A stretch of 62,638 nucleotides of DNA from Deferribacteraceae bacterium UBA1873 (GCA_002338145.1 DDHP01000079.1:22737-85374), one strand, 5' to 3'. Positions 1-9,058 are shown, counted from the first letter of the stretch. Numbers and translations: made by a program. The notes: generated by a model from the sequence alone, not told the origin.

Positions 1-122
1 CACCTCGAGCGGAGTCGAGAGGTCTCTTTGTCAAACGACGTCATTACGAGGGACGTAGTCCCGAAGTAATCTCGTGTCATGTGTGCTCAGTGCTCGCTTC
101 CGGTCGAAACTGAAGAATCTCT
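1..122 (+). repeat. Cluster of three tandem GTCA...TCTC palindromic REP-like units (1-28 truncated, 39-73, 75-122 degenerate)
   Basis: Units are CACCTCGAGCGGAGTCGAGAGGTCTCT, CGTCATTACGAGGGACGTAGTCCCGAAGTAATCTC and TGTCA...GGTCGAAACTGAAGAATCTCT. Unit 1 nearly matches the reverse complement of 57097-57126 and 34791-34819. Confidence 0.8.
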
Positions 123-333
123 ATTCTTATATAACAAATACATCTGCGTTTCTGCTTGGTTTCGAATTAATAACCTGAAATTGAGAAATCTTCAATGTTT
201 AAATTTATTTTATTCTAATTGAAAAAAAAGAGTTTCTGGTGTTTCCCCCCATTTTTTGCAAAAAGAATATTTATCTGATATATTCAGTATTAAGCATAAT
301 TGCATATTTATTTAGTATATAGCATTAAGTAAA

Positions 334-390
334 AGAGATTTCTCCTCACCGACTATCGTCGCCTCGTCGAAATGACAGAATTTGTCACCC
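334..390 (-). repeat. REP-like unit (334-377) followed by a truncated TGTCACCC start
   Basis: The reverse complement TGTCATTTCGACGAGGCGACGATAGTCGGTGAGGAGAAATCTCT matches 57037-57081 except for one substitution and one indel. Confidence 0.85.
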
Positions 391-399
391 ATGCCCCAG

Positions 400-420
400 C
401 CCCTCCTATATTAGGAGGGG
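400..420. repeat. Perfect GC-rich palindrome CCCCTCCTA-TAT-TAGGAGGGG
   Basis: 9-bp stem, 3-nt loop, no U-tract. Its core is shared with 30314-30340. Confidence 0.6.
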
Positions 421-532
421 AAGCGGTTTCTCCCCGATATAGATTTTAGGATTACGCCGGAATTGTATTATTAGCAGCCTTATATGTATTATAATTATAA
501 CAACTGAAAAAATTAAGAGCACCAGGACAGTG

Positions 533-561
533 TTGACTTCAAACGAAAACTACTACATACT
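533..561 (+). promoter_or_regulatory. Putative sigma70 promoter of the ATP-grasp gene
   Basis: TTGACT-N17-CATACT about 95 nt upstream of ATG 656; AGGAG Shine-Dalgarno before the start. Confidence 0.5.
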
Positions 562-655
562 AAGAGACAAACCGGATGCATATGAAAAAGACACCAGGGA
601 ATTAAGCAAAAGCTGCGGCAGAAAAATACCGAGGGATTTTACATAGGAGAAAGTA

Positions 656-1960
656 ATGAGCAAAAAAAATATATTTATAGTTGGTTATGATGATTTCAAC
701 GTTAGAATTCTGGAATCCATACCTGAGGCTAAAGATTACAACTTTATTTCACTTTTATCTTTTGGTGAAATAAGAGCTGGGGACGGCAAACCTATAGACT
801 CTCTTCTTAAAAAAGCCATAAAAAGAATAGAATCTTTTGATGGCAATGTTGATGCTATAATTGCTTACTGGGATTACCCCGCCACACTTCTGGCCTCTAT
901 TTTAACGGAAAAATACGGTCTTCCCGGTGTTCCTGTTGAAAGTATACTGAAGTGTGAACATAAATATTTGAGCCGTATTGAGCAGAAAAAAGTTATCCCG
1001 GATAACATACCTATATTTGAGGTTTTTGATCCATTCAATGATGACTATATGTCAGGAATAACCATAATTCCTCCATACTGGATCAAACCGATTAAATCTT
1101 TCAGCTCTTTTCTGGCATACCGAATAAACAGCGACCTGGACTTCATTGATGCCAGAGAGGAAATCAGACGTCATATCGGACAAGTAGCAGAACCTTTTGA
1201 GGATTTTATTCAGCAATACAATATGCCTAAGGAACTTACTGTTAACAAGGGTAAGACATGTATTGCTGAAAGCTTACTATCCGGAAGTATGTGTACCCTT
1301 GAAGGGTATGTATACAATAATGAAGTTTATTTTTACGGTATTGTTGACTCAATACGGGAAACGGACAGCTCCTCATTTTCAAGGTATGAATATCCATCAA
1401 AATTGCCGGAAGATGTCCAGAAGAATATAGAAAAAATAGCTGAAAAAGTTATAAGGCATATAGGCTATAATAACAATACTTTTAATATAGAATTTTTTTA
1501 CAATCAGACAAGCAAAAAAATAACACTATTGGAAATCAATCCCAGACATTCTCAGTCACATGCATTTCTTTTTGAAAAGGTTGATGGTGTTGCAAATCAT
1601 AAAATTCAGGTTGAACTGGCACTCGGCAAAAAACCTGAACTACCTGAAAAAGGAAGTGGCAAGTACAAAAAAGCTGCAAAGTTTATGACAAGAACATTTG
1701 AAGATGGGTTTATCACGAAGGTGCCCAATTACAGAGAATTAAGAAAACTTTCCAAAGAACACAAAGATGTTTTAATAAAACTTTTGGTAAAAGAGGGCAC
1801 AAGTCTTTCCCAGCTTAACTATCAGGACAGTTATAGCTATGAATTGGCAAATATTTATATCCCCGCTATGGATGAAAATGACTTATTGGAAAAGTATCAT
1901 AAAATAATAGGTGGAATGAAATTTAAAGTGGCGTATGAAAATGATATAAATATTGTATGA
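656..1960 (+). CDS. ATP-grasp domain protein (putative carboxylate-amine/amino-acid ligase)
   Basis: 434-aa ORF with ATP-grasp hallmarks: CEHKYLSR, WIKP, FNIEFF and LLEINPR (ExN-R). Confidence 0.8.
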   Translation: MSKKNIFIVGYDDFNVRILESIPEAKDYNFISLLSFGEIRAGDGKPIDSLLKKAIKRIESFDGNVDAIIAYWDYPATLLASILTEKYGLPGVPVESILKCEHKYLSRIEQKKVIPDNIPIFEVFDPFNDDYMSGITIIPPYWIKPIKSFSSFLAYRINSDLDFIDAREEIRRHIGQVAEPFEDFIQQYNMPKELTVNKGKTCIAESLLSGSMCTLEGYVYNNEVYFYGIVDSIRETDSSSFSRYEYPSKLPEDVQKNIEKIAEKVIRHIGYNNNTFNIEFFYNQTSKKITLLEINPRHSQSHAFLFEKVDGVANHKIQVELALGKKPELPEKGSGKYKKAAKFMTRTFEDGFITKVPNYRELRKLSKEHKDVLIKLLVKEGTSLSQLNYQDSYSYELANIYIPAMDENDLLEKYHKIIGGMKFKVAYENDINIV

Positions 1961-1970
1961 TATCTCTTGT

Positions 1971-1998
1971 AAAAGTTGCTTTTAAACAGCGATTTTTT
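1971..1998 (+). terminator. Weak intrinsic terminator after the ATP-grasp gene
   Basis: AAAAGTTGCT-TTTAAAC-AGCGATTTTTT hairpin with G-U pairs and a T-tract. Confidence 0.4.
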
Positions 1999-2017
1999 AT
2001 TTAAGCAGAAACCAGGA

Positions 2018-2078
2018 AATTATTATCATAATTCGCATTATGTTTTTCTTGACATTAGATGTAATGTTGCCATAGCTT
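2018..2078 (+). promoter_or_regulatory. znuACB promoter with overlapping AT-rich palindromes (candidate Zur/Fur-family operator)
   Basis: TTGACA(2049)-N18-TAGCTT(2073); 6-4-6 palindromes at 2018-2033, 2027-2042 and 2052-2067. Confidence 0.5.
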
Positions 2079-2197
2079 AATCATATAAAATTTAGTTTTA
2101 AGCATGAATGATATGGACTTTTTTATGTGGTTATATTCCTGTGGAATAGGTGTGAAAACCATAGTATGATGAAAGAATTTTAAGTTTGAGGAAATAG

Positions 2198-3022
2198 ATG
2201 TTTATACGGTGGGTGGGTGTATTTTTCATTTTATTTATATCAGTTTTTTCTTTTGCTGAGAACAGGATTTCCGTTGTAGTGAGTATTGAGCCTGCAGCAT
2301 TTGTGGTAGAAGCGATTGGCAGTGATAGAATTGATGTTGTTACAATGGTGCCCAGCGATTCCAATCCTCATATTTATGAGCCATCGATGCGAGATATGGC
2401 AAAATTCTCCCAAAGTGACTACTTTTTCTCCATTGGCGGTGAATTTGAGGATATATGGCTTGATCGCTTGGTAAGTATGAATAAAAACCTTAAAACTGTT
2501 AAGCTTGACAGAAATCTTCCTGTAAAATTGAGCAATAATGATCCGCATGCGTGGATGTCACCGGCAAATATGCTGCAGATGGGGAGAAATACATACAGTG
2601 TGCTTGCAGAGATTCTTCCTCAGCATGAGGGCTATTTTAGGAATAATCTTACTTTACTGAAAAAAAAAATTGCTGAAATTCAGGGTAATATTGGAAATAT
2701 AATTAATAAATGCCATTATAATAACATTCTTACTGTACATCCTGTCCTTGGATATTTTGCTGAAGAGTTTGGATTAACCCAGTTATCTGTGGAGAGGCAC
2801 GGGCAGGAGCCCTCCGCAAGGCATTTAGCTAATATTGTTAAAAAAGTCCAAAAATATAATATAAGATTTATTTTTACTCAGCCGCAAGTATCCCAGAACT
2901 ATGCAAATATGTTATCTTCTGAAACGGGGATTACAGTGGAGTTAATAGATCCTCTTCAGAAAGACTGGTTTAGTCTGCAGGAAAAAATACACTCTGTTTT
3001 AAGTGATTACTGTGACCGGTAG
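2198..3022 (+). CDS. znuA: Zn/Mn ABC transporter substrate-binding protein (cluster A-I)
   Basis: Signal peptide; motifs NPHIYEP, DPHAWMSP, VHPVLGYF and EPS typical of the ZnuA/TroA family. Confidence 0.88.
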   Translation: MFIRWVGVFFILFISVFSFAENRISVVVSIEPAAFVVEAIGSDRIDVVTMVPSDSNPHIYEPSMRDMAKFSQSDYFFSIGGEFEDIWLDRLVSMNKNLKTVKLDRNLPVKLSNNDPHAWMSPANMLQMGRNTYSVLAEILPQHEGYFRNNLTLLKKKIAEIQGNIGNIINKCHYNNILTVHPVLGYFAEEFGLTQLSVERHGQEPSARHLANIVKKVQKYNIRFIFTQPQVSQNYANMLSSETGITVELIDPLQKDWFSLQEKIHSVLSDYCDR

Positions 3023-3023
3023 A

Positions 3024-3803
3024 ATGAATATTATAGATATCAAAAATCTGTACTTTTCATACGATAGCGAATATGTCCTGGTAAATGTGAATCTGAAAGT
3101 GTCCAAAGGTGATTTTTTGGCCATATTAGGACCTAATGGCGGAGGAAAAACAACTCTTTTGAAAATTATTCTGGGTCTTGTTAAGCCAGATCACGGAACA
3201 GTCAGCGTTTTTGGTACAAAACCAGGCAAAGAAAACAGTAAAATAGGCTATGTTCCTCAATATTCATATGTAAACAAAAACTTCCCACTTTCTGTTCTTC
3301 AAACAGTACTTATGGGGATTCAGAAAAGGTCTTTTTTCAGTTTTAACTATACTGATGCTGATATTCACTCAGCAAAAGAGGTTTTGGCAAAAGTTGGTAT
3401 GGAAGCATATTGCAGCAAACAGATTCATGATTTGTCCGGTGGTCAGAGACAGCGCGTAATGCTTGCCAGAGCAATGGTTTCCAATCCCGAATTAATTGTA
3501 CTGGATGAGCCCACATCAAATATCGACCCTTACGGTAAGTTCTGCTTTTTTTCTTTTCTGGAGGAACTGAGCAAGGAAAAAACCATGATAATTGTAAGCC
3601 ATAATATAAATATAATAGCAACAAAAATCAATTGTGTCGCCTGTGTAAACAAGTTTCTGTATTATAATTCAGAACCGGTACTTACAAAAGATATGACGGA
3701 AATACTGTACGGCACCCACGATGAGCATTCATGCTCTCTTGGCAAATACTTTATTGAAGATTCTGAATATATGGTAAAACCTGAGAGCAAAAACGATGCT
3801 TGA
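3024..3803 (+). CDS. znuC: Zn/Mn ABC transporter ATP-binding protein
   Basis: Walker A GPNGGGKT, signature LSGGQ, LDEP, GYVPQ. ATG 3024 preferred over the longer ORF start at 3003. Confidence 0.9.
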   Translation: MNIIDIKNLYFSYDSEYVLVNVNLKVSKGDFLAILGPNGGGKTTLLKIILGLVKPDHGTVSVFGTKPGKENSKIGYVPQYSYVNKNFPLSVLQTVLMGIQKRSFFSFNYTDADIHSAKEVLAKVGMEAYCSKQIHDLSGGQRQRVMLARAMVSNPELIVLDEPTSNIDPYGKFCFFSFLEELSKEKTMIIVSHNINIIATKINCVACVNKFLYYNSEPVLTKDMTEILYGTHDEHSCSLGKYFIEDSEYMVKPESKNDA

Positions 3804-4638
3804 AATACTTCAGATGGGGTTTATTAAAAATGCTATTGTCGCAATTATTTTTGGAAGTGTACTGTGCGGGATAATAGGCAGTTATGTTGTGGTCAACAGG
3901 ATAACATTTCTGGCCGGTGGTGTTGCTCATGCAAGTTTCGGAGGTGTGGGACTTGCGTTTTTTCTAAATATACCTGTATTGCCCACCACTTTTGTTTTCT
4001 CCCTGGTTGCTTCAGCACTGATAGGTATTTTGACAGTCAGGGATAGTGAAAAGATAGACACAGCTGTGGGAATTTTATGGTCTTCGGGTATGGCGGTGGG
4101 GATTATTCTGCTGGATTTGACGCCTGGTTACAAAGGTAATCTTATGGGGTATCTTTTTGGAAGTATCCTGGGTGTGTCAAACGGTGATTTACTTTTTATG
4201 GCAATTTCCACTTTTGTGGTAATTTTGTTGGTCATTGTTTTTTACAGAAATCTTGCAATCATGTCTTTTGATAGAGAATTTGCAGCGGTACAAGGTGTTC
4301 CTGTGGGTTTTTTTCATGTGCTTGTACTGGTATTTATCGGTTTTTCACTTGTTATCCTTATCAGGGTATCCGGGTTAATACTTGTTATAGCACTTTTAAG
4401 TATTCCCCCTGCGATAGCTTCCAAATTTACAAAATCTTTTTTTTCTATGATTATCTTTTCTGTTGGTATAAATCTTGTAATTGGTTTTTCCGGTCTGTAT
4501 TTTTCATACTATTTCAATGTATCTTCGGGAGCATCAATAATATTGCTTTTGTCAGCACTCTACTGTATAATTGTGTTAAGTGAAACAACTTACAAATATT
4601 TCAGGAAGTACAATGAAAATTGCTTTGATAAATCCTGA
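3796..4638 (+). CDS. znuB: Zn/Mn ABC transporter permease
   Basis: Highly hydrophobic; GGVAHASFGG, YLFGSIL and SFDREFA motifs of the ABC-3 family. Confidence 0.9.
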   Translation: MLEILQMGFIKNAIVAIIFGSVLCGIIGSYVVVNRITFLAGGVAHASFGGVGLAFFLNIPVLPTTFVFSLVASALIGILTVRDSEKIDTAVGILWSSGMAVGIILLDLTPGYKGNLMGYLFGSILGVSNGDLLFMAISTFVVILLVIVFYRNLAIMSFDREFAAVQGVPVGFFHVLVLVFIGFSLVILIRVSGLILVIALLSIPPAIASKFTKSFFSMIIFSVGINLVIGFSGLYFSYYFNVSSGASIILLLSALYCIIVLSETTYKYFRKYNENCFDKS

Positions 4639-5080
4639 AATACCTCAAAACACGGGAAATATTGCGAGACTTACTGCTGGTATCGGTGTTGAACTGATAC
4701 TTGTGGGCACTATCGGTTTTTCGCTTGAAGATAGATATCTTAAAAGAGCAGGGCTTGATTACTGGGACAAAGTTAATCTGAAAGTCGTTTTGGATCTTAA
4801 AGAATTTGAATCTATGCTTGATAAGTTTGAATGCAGCGCTTTTATTTCAAAATTCGGTAATAAACTTTATACTGAAATACCTTTGGTTTCATCAGGTGAC
4901 ACACTTCTTGTTTTTGGTAATGAAACAAGAGGTTTGCCGGATAATTTTCATCAAAAATATTCCGATTTTTTTTACAGAATACCTATGAATGAAAATATCA
5001 GAAGCCTTAATCTTTCAAACAGTGTGGCAATTGTTGCCTATGATTATTTGAGAAGAACCGGATTTTGTTCTTTGACATAA
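4613..5080 (+). CDS. trmL: tRNA (cytidine/uridine-34 2'-O)-methyltransferase
   Basis: PEIPQNTGNIAR, KRAGLDYW, FGNETRGL and RSLNLSNSVA SPOUT motifs. Confidence 0.93.
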   Translation: MKIALINPEIPQNTGNIARLTAGIGVELILVGTIGFSLEDRYLKRAGLDYWDKVNLKVVLDLKEFESMLDKFECSAFISKFGNKLYTEIPLVSSGDTLLVFGNETRGLPDNFHQKYSDFFYRIPMNENIRSLNLSNSVAIVAYDYLRRTGFCSLT

Positions 5081-5237
5081 TAAAGGGAAATGTTTTTAGA
5101 TGTTTTATTTGTATTAATGAGTAATGTTTTAAGGGTTTGTCCGGTAGCTCTACAGCGATGTTTATAACTTGTGGTCTATAGATTTTAACAGATATAATTT
5201 TGGCTTTTGCCGAAATATTTTAAAAAAATTATAAGGT

Positions 5238-5307
5238 AAGACTTTTGCATAATTCCAAATGGTCAACCCGAAGCTTCAACCTTTAGGTTTCTATATTCAA
5301 AAGTCTC
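5238..5307. mobile_element. Short non-autonomous element (MITE) with IS5-like terminal inverted repeats enclosing a degenerate GTCA unit
   Basis: AGACTTTTGCATA (5239-5251) and TATTCAAAAGTCT (5294-5306) are 12/13 inverted. The left end resembles GAGACCTTTGCATAA at 62552. Confidence 0.55.
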
Positions 5308-5318
5308 AGGGTGTTTTT

Positions 5319-6098
5319 ATGTATCAATACAAGCTTGATTTTATAAATAACGATTTGATAAGTGAGCTTGAAAATATGGGGTTAGATATTATTGAAGACA
5401 GTTTTGAAGGTAGTACTACTTTTGATATATATACTTATGACAATCTGGACAATTTATTGAAAAAATATGGAATCACTTTCTTAAAAAAATCTGTTGAAAA
5501 CTCAGGATGGGAACATTACTGGAAAAAATTCTTAAAACCTTCTGTACTTGTGGAAGGTATAAGCTGCTATTATGATGAAAATGACAAAATTTCTACAGCC
5601 AAATCCATCAAACTAATCCCTGCTTTGGCATTCGGTACGGGAACACATCCAACCACAAAGCTTGCCGCAAGACTCACCAAAGATGTCACACCTGGAAAAT
5701 CGTTTCTGGATGTGGGATGTGGTAGCGGTATACTCACTATACTTGCCGTACTTTGTGGTGCATCCGGATGGTATGCTTTTGATAATGATAAAATGGCTGT
5801 GTTTAATGCCAAAAACAATATGGAGATTAATAATATATTTAGTAATTATTTATGGTGCGGTGACATTAGTTCTTTACGGACAGGTTTTTATGCTGATATA
5901 GTTTGTGCCAATATTATTTCTTCAGTGTTGCTGAAAATCAATGCAAAATTATTGGAATGTGCCAAATCTTGCATTATTTTATCCGGTATCCAGACTGAGG
6001 AAATGGAGGCCTTCAAAAGTATGTTTGATTTTTCCGGTTTCTTTATTGAAAATGAAATTCATGAAAACGGATGGGGTGCTCTGAGATTATGCAGATAA
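5319..6098 (+). CDS. prmA: 50S ribosomal protein L11 methyltransferase
   Basis: AFGTGTHPTT, LDVGCGSGIL, ANI and ILSGI motifs. ATG 5319 preferred because 5259 lies inside the MITE. Confidence 0.9.
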   Translation: MYQYKLDFINNDLISELENMGLDIIEDSFEGSTTFDIYTYDNLDNLLKKYGITFLKKSVENSGWEHYWKKFLKPSVLVEGISCYYDENDKISTAKSIKLIPALAFGTGTHPTTKLAARLTKDVTPGKSFLDVGCGSGILTILAVLCGASGWYAFDNDKMAVFNAKNNMEINNIFSNYLWCGDISSLRTGFYADIVCANIISSVLLKINAKLLECAKSCIILSGIQTEEMEAFKSMFDFSGFFIENEIHENGWGALRLCR

Positions 6099-6871
6099 CA
6101 GCTTTTATTGGTGATGTACATGGCTGCGTAAAAAGTCTTGAAGTTCTTCTGAATAAACTTTTGAAAAATTATCCCATTCAACAGATTGTATTTTTAGGCG
6201 ATTTGGTAGATAGAGGTATTTACTCCCGTGAAGTCCTGCAACTGGTAACAGAGTTGAAAAGTGATTTTTCTGTGGAGGTGATGCGGGGTAATCACGAAGA
6301 TATGATGCTGGACTTTGCTGAGGGTATTCGTAATTATAAAAAAAATGACTGGCTCTCTAACGGAGGAAAGGAAACTATTATTTCAATATCGGGGATGAAA
6401 CTTTATAAACGCTTTTTAATGGGCGAAAATATATTCGAGGCGTTTGGCTGTGATTTAAAACAATTTGATAGTGTTTTAAAGAATCTGAAACTTTACTATA
6501 TTTTTACCTTCACCGATAAAAAGATATTTGTAAGTCACGCAGGGCTCTCTGATTTTTCGAAGCCACCGGAGGAGCAATTGGAAGATATCGGCATATTTTT
6601 CAGAAAAATAAAATATCCCTATTTATGGAGTAGAGAAATTACCCATATGAATGAAAAGTATTTTGATTATACAATTATTCACGGTCATACACCTATTAAC
6701 AAAATTATCAGCAGGAGAAGCGGAACTGCGCCTTTATTCAAAAAAGACGCAAACGGCAATATTCTTACGATTAATGTCGATACCGGATGCGTTTATGGTG
6801 ACAGCCTGTCAGCAGTGCTTACAGAGAATGGTCTTGATTTTGAATCGGAAACGGTTAAATGCAAAAAATGA
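6089..6871 (+). CDS. Calcineurin-like metallophosphoesterase (PPP-family Ser/Thr phosphatase or ApaH-like)
   Basis: GDVHG, GDLVDRG, RGNHE, HAG, HGHTP and VDTGC motifs. Confidence 0.85.
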   Translation: MQITAFIGDVHGCVKSLEVLLNKLLKNYPIQQIVFLGDLVDRGIYSREVLQLVTELKSDFSVEVMRGNHEDMMLDFAEGIRNYKKNDWLSNGGKETIISISGMKLYKRFLMGENIFEAFGCDLKQFDSVLKNLKLYYIFTFTDKKIFVSHAGLSDFSKPPEEQLEDIGIFFRKIKYPYLWSREITHMNEKYFDYTIIHGHTPINKIISRRSGTAPLFKKDANGNILTINVDTGCVYGDSLSAVLTENGLDFESETVKCKK

Positions 6872-7557
6872 AAAGATTTTACTATAATATAGAGTTTACA
6901 GAATATATTGATATCGAAGGGAATGTTTACAACCATATCAGAAATGTACTGAGATTGAATGTCGGTGATACGGTTTTTCTGGCTAATGATAAAAATTTCG
7001 GGATTTATGAACTGATAAATTTTCATAAAAAAAGTATCAAAGGAAAGCTTAAAGAAATTTTACCCCACAAAGTTCCTGACTATGAGCTTGTTATATATAT
7101 TTCCGTTATCAAAAACCGTTATATGAACTATATATTGGAAAAACTTGGTGAGATCGGTGTTACAGAAATAATTCCTGTATATTCTGATTACTCCACTGCA
7201 ACGGTAACGGGTAAAACATTTAGCAGATACAGGGAACATGTGTGCAACGGTGCACTGCAGGCTGAACATAATTTTCTCCCTTCACTTCATTCTGTTATGA
7301 AAATTGGTGATGTAGCTGCTATCGATTCAAAAAATTATCTTTTGTCAGCAAGAGGAAATAACAGAGGAGTTCCCGAGTTGTACAATAAAAATGTCTGCCT
7401 TTTTTTAGGTCCTGAAGGAGGACTTAGTAAGGATGAAACAACTTTGTTAATTCAAAAAGGGTTTGAGCCTCTGACTCCTTTTAAATCCATTTTGAAGGCT
7501 GAAACTGCAGCAATTGTTTTTTCAGGTATGTTTAGAATATTGATGGAAAATTTATGA
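6868..7557 (+). CDS. rsmE: 16S rRNA m3U1498 methyltransferase
   Basis: HIRNVLRL, LEKLGEIGV, LGPEGGL and ILKAETAA motifs. Confidence 0.88.
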   Translation: MKRFYYNIEFTEYIDIEGNVYNHIRNVLRLNVGDTVFLANDKNFGIYELINFHKKSIKGKLKEILPHKVPDYELVIYISVIKNRYMNYILEKLGEIGVTEIIPVYSDYSTATVTGKTFSRYREHVCNGALQAEHNFLPSLHSVMKIGDVAAIDSKNYLLSARGNNRGVPELYNKNVCLFLGPEGGLSKDETTLLIQKGFEPLTPFKSILKAETAAIVFSGMFRILMENL

Positions 7558-8030
7558 ACAGAGACTTTTTTGATTCTCAGGATGAATATTTCATGGATAA
7601 AGCCATTGAAATGGCCCAAAAAGCGTTTAAGATTGGAGATGTCCCTGTTGGTGCAGTTGTTGTATACGAGGGGAAGATTATTGGCAAAGGTTTTAATAAA
7701 AAAGAATTTTCTGGTGACGCATCAGCTCATGCAGAAATGCTGGCTATGAGGCAAGCCTGCAGAACTTTTGGAGATTGGAGGTTATTGGGCTGCAAACTTT
7801 ATTCCACAGCAGAACCCTGCTTGATGTGCGCAGGTGCTATTTTGCATTTCAGAATAGAGGAGGTTGTCTTTGGTGTGAGAGAATCTAAATTCGGAGGTGT
7901 TTGCAGTAGAACAAACCTTTTTGATATTAACGGCCTTAATCATTACGTGAAATATCGGGAAGGTATTAAATCAGAGGAAATAGCTGCTTTAATGCAAAAT
8001 TTTTTCAGATGTATCAGATTGAAAACCTAA
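7554..8030 (+). CDS. tadA: tRNA adenosine(34) deaminase
   Basis: VPVGAV, HAE and EPCLMC zinc-deaminase motifs; FF-R C-terminus. Confidence 0.9.
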   Translation: MNRDFFDSQDEYFMDKAIEMAQKAFKIGDVPVGAVVVYEGKIIGKGFNKKEFSGDASAHAEMLAMRQACRTFGDWRLLGCKLYSTAEPCLMCAGAILHFRIEEVVFGVRESKFGGVCSRTNLFDINGLNHYVKYREGIKSEEIAALMQNFFRCIRLKT

Positions 8031-8134
8031 TTTTTATTTTAAAGTTTGCAATCAAATAATTTATCATATATGAACTATTGTTACCATACATGATCAAGTT
8101 ATTATGTTAATTAACAAAAATATGGAGGAAACAA

Positions 8135-9013
8135 ATGCTAAAAAAAATACCATTTATAAGAAAATTTTTTTTGATATTGCTTACAGTTTTATTTATTACA
8201 AGTATAGCTGTAAGTGTCAAAGCATCAGAGAGTAAAAACAATTATCAGTTTATAAAAAACACAGTGGAAGAAAATTTTAAAGCCAACCTCGAACAAAGGG
8301 GAATGAGTAACATTGAGCTTGATGCTGAGATTTTATCAGAAATGGAAACACCAAAGGGATTCTATTTCGTTAAAGTAAATATTAACGATAGGGATAATAA
8401 TAAACAGGCGACAGACTATATTATTACTAACGGTGAATATTTATTGCCAGATGTTATAGACATATCCCAGGGGGAAAGTATAAAAAGTTCACTGGCTTTT
8501 CGTTACGATGTTTACGATATTAATACCGAAGGTTTAACATTAATTTATGGGAAAAAATCCGCCGACAATATTATTGTTGATATAAGTGATTTCCAGTGTC
8601 CATACTGCAAAAGAGCTTATAAATATATTAAGGAAAAAGTAAAAGATATGGACAATGTGGCTGTATATAAAGTCCATTTACCATTAAAAATACACAACAA
8701 AGCGGTTATTTATGCTAAAATTTTTGAAGCGGGGAAGATGCTTGGGGTGAATTTTGCCGATGAACTCTACAGCGGTGAATATGATAAAATGGATAAAAAT
8801 GAAATATTGGAAAAATTTGCCGCTAAAACAGATAATCCTGAGAAATTCAAAACACTTGTTAATTCAGACAGGGTTCAGAAAAAACTTGACAGAAGCAAAC
8901 AACTCGCAGAAAGTCTTGGTGTAAATTCGACACCTGTTGTGTTCTTCAACGGTCGTAAAGTGGAGGGATTTAATACTGAGTTAATTGATAAAGGTCTTGA
9001 ACTTTTCAACTAA
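8135..9013 (+). CDS. Exported thiol:disulfide oxidoreductase (DsbA/DsbC-like thioredoxin fold)
   Basis: Signal peptide, SDFQCPYC active site, GVNSTP cis-Pro loop. Confidence 0.85.
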   Translation: MLKKIPFIRKFFLILLTVLFITSIAVSVKASESKNNYQFIKNTVEENFKANLEQRGMSNIELDAEILSEMETPKGFYFVKVNINDRDNNKQATDYIITNGEYLLPDVIDISQGESIKSSLAFRYDVYDINTEGLTLIYGKKSADNIIVDISDFQCPYCKRAYKYIKEKVKDMDNVAVYKVHLPLKIHNKAVIYAKIFEAGKMLGVNFADELYSGEYDKMDKNEILEKFAAKTDNPEKFKTLVNSDRVQKKLDRSKQLAESLGVNSTPVVFFNGRKVEGFNTELIDKGLELFN

Positions 9014-9058
9014 ACTGTTTTAATGTAGCATTTAAGTTTGAAAAACAGGAGCGTTTTT

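Noticed and set aside
1-440. CRISPR array at the repeat-rich start
   Set aside because: The units differ in sequence and length, lack regular repeat-spacer periodicity, and no cas genes are present.
5259-5318. N-terminal extension of PrmA in the ORF track
   Set aside because: It derives from the MITE; ATG 5319 is the more plausible start.
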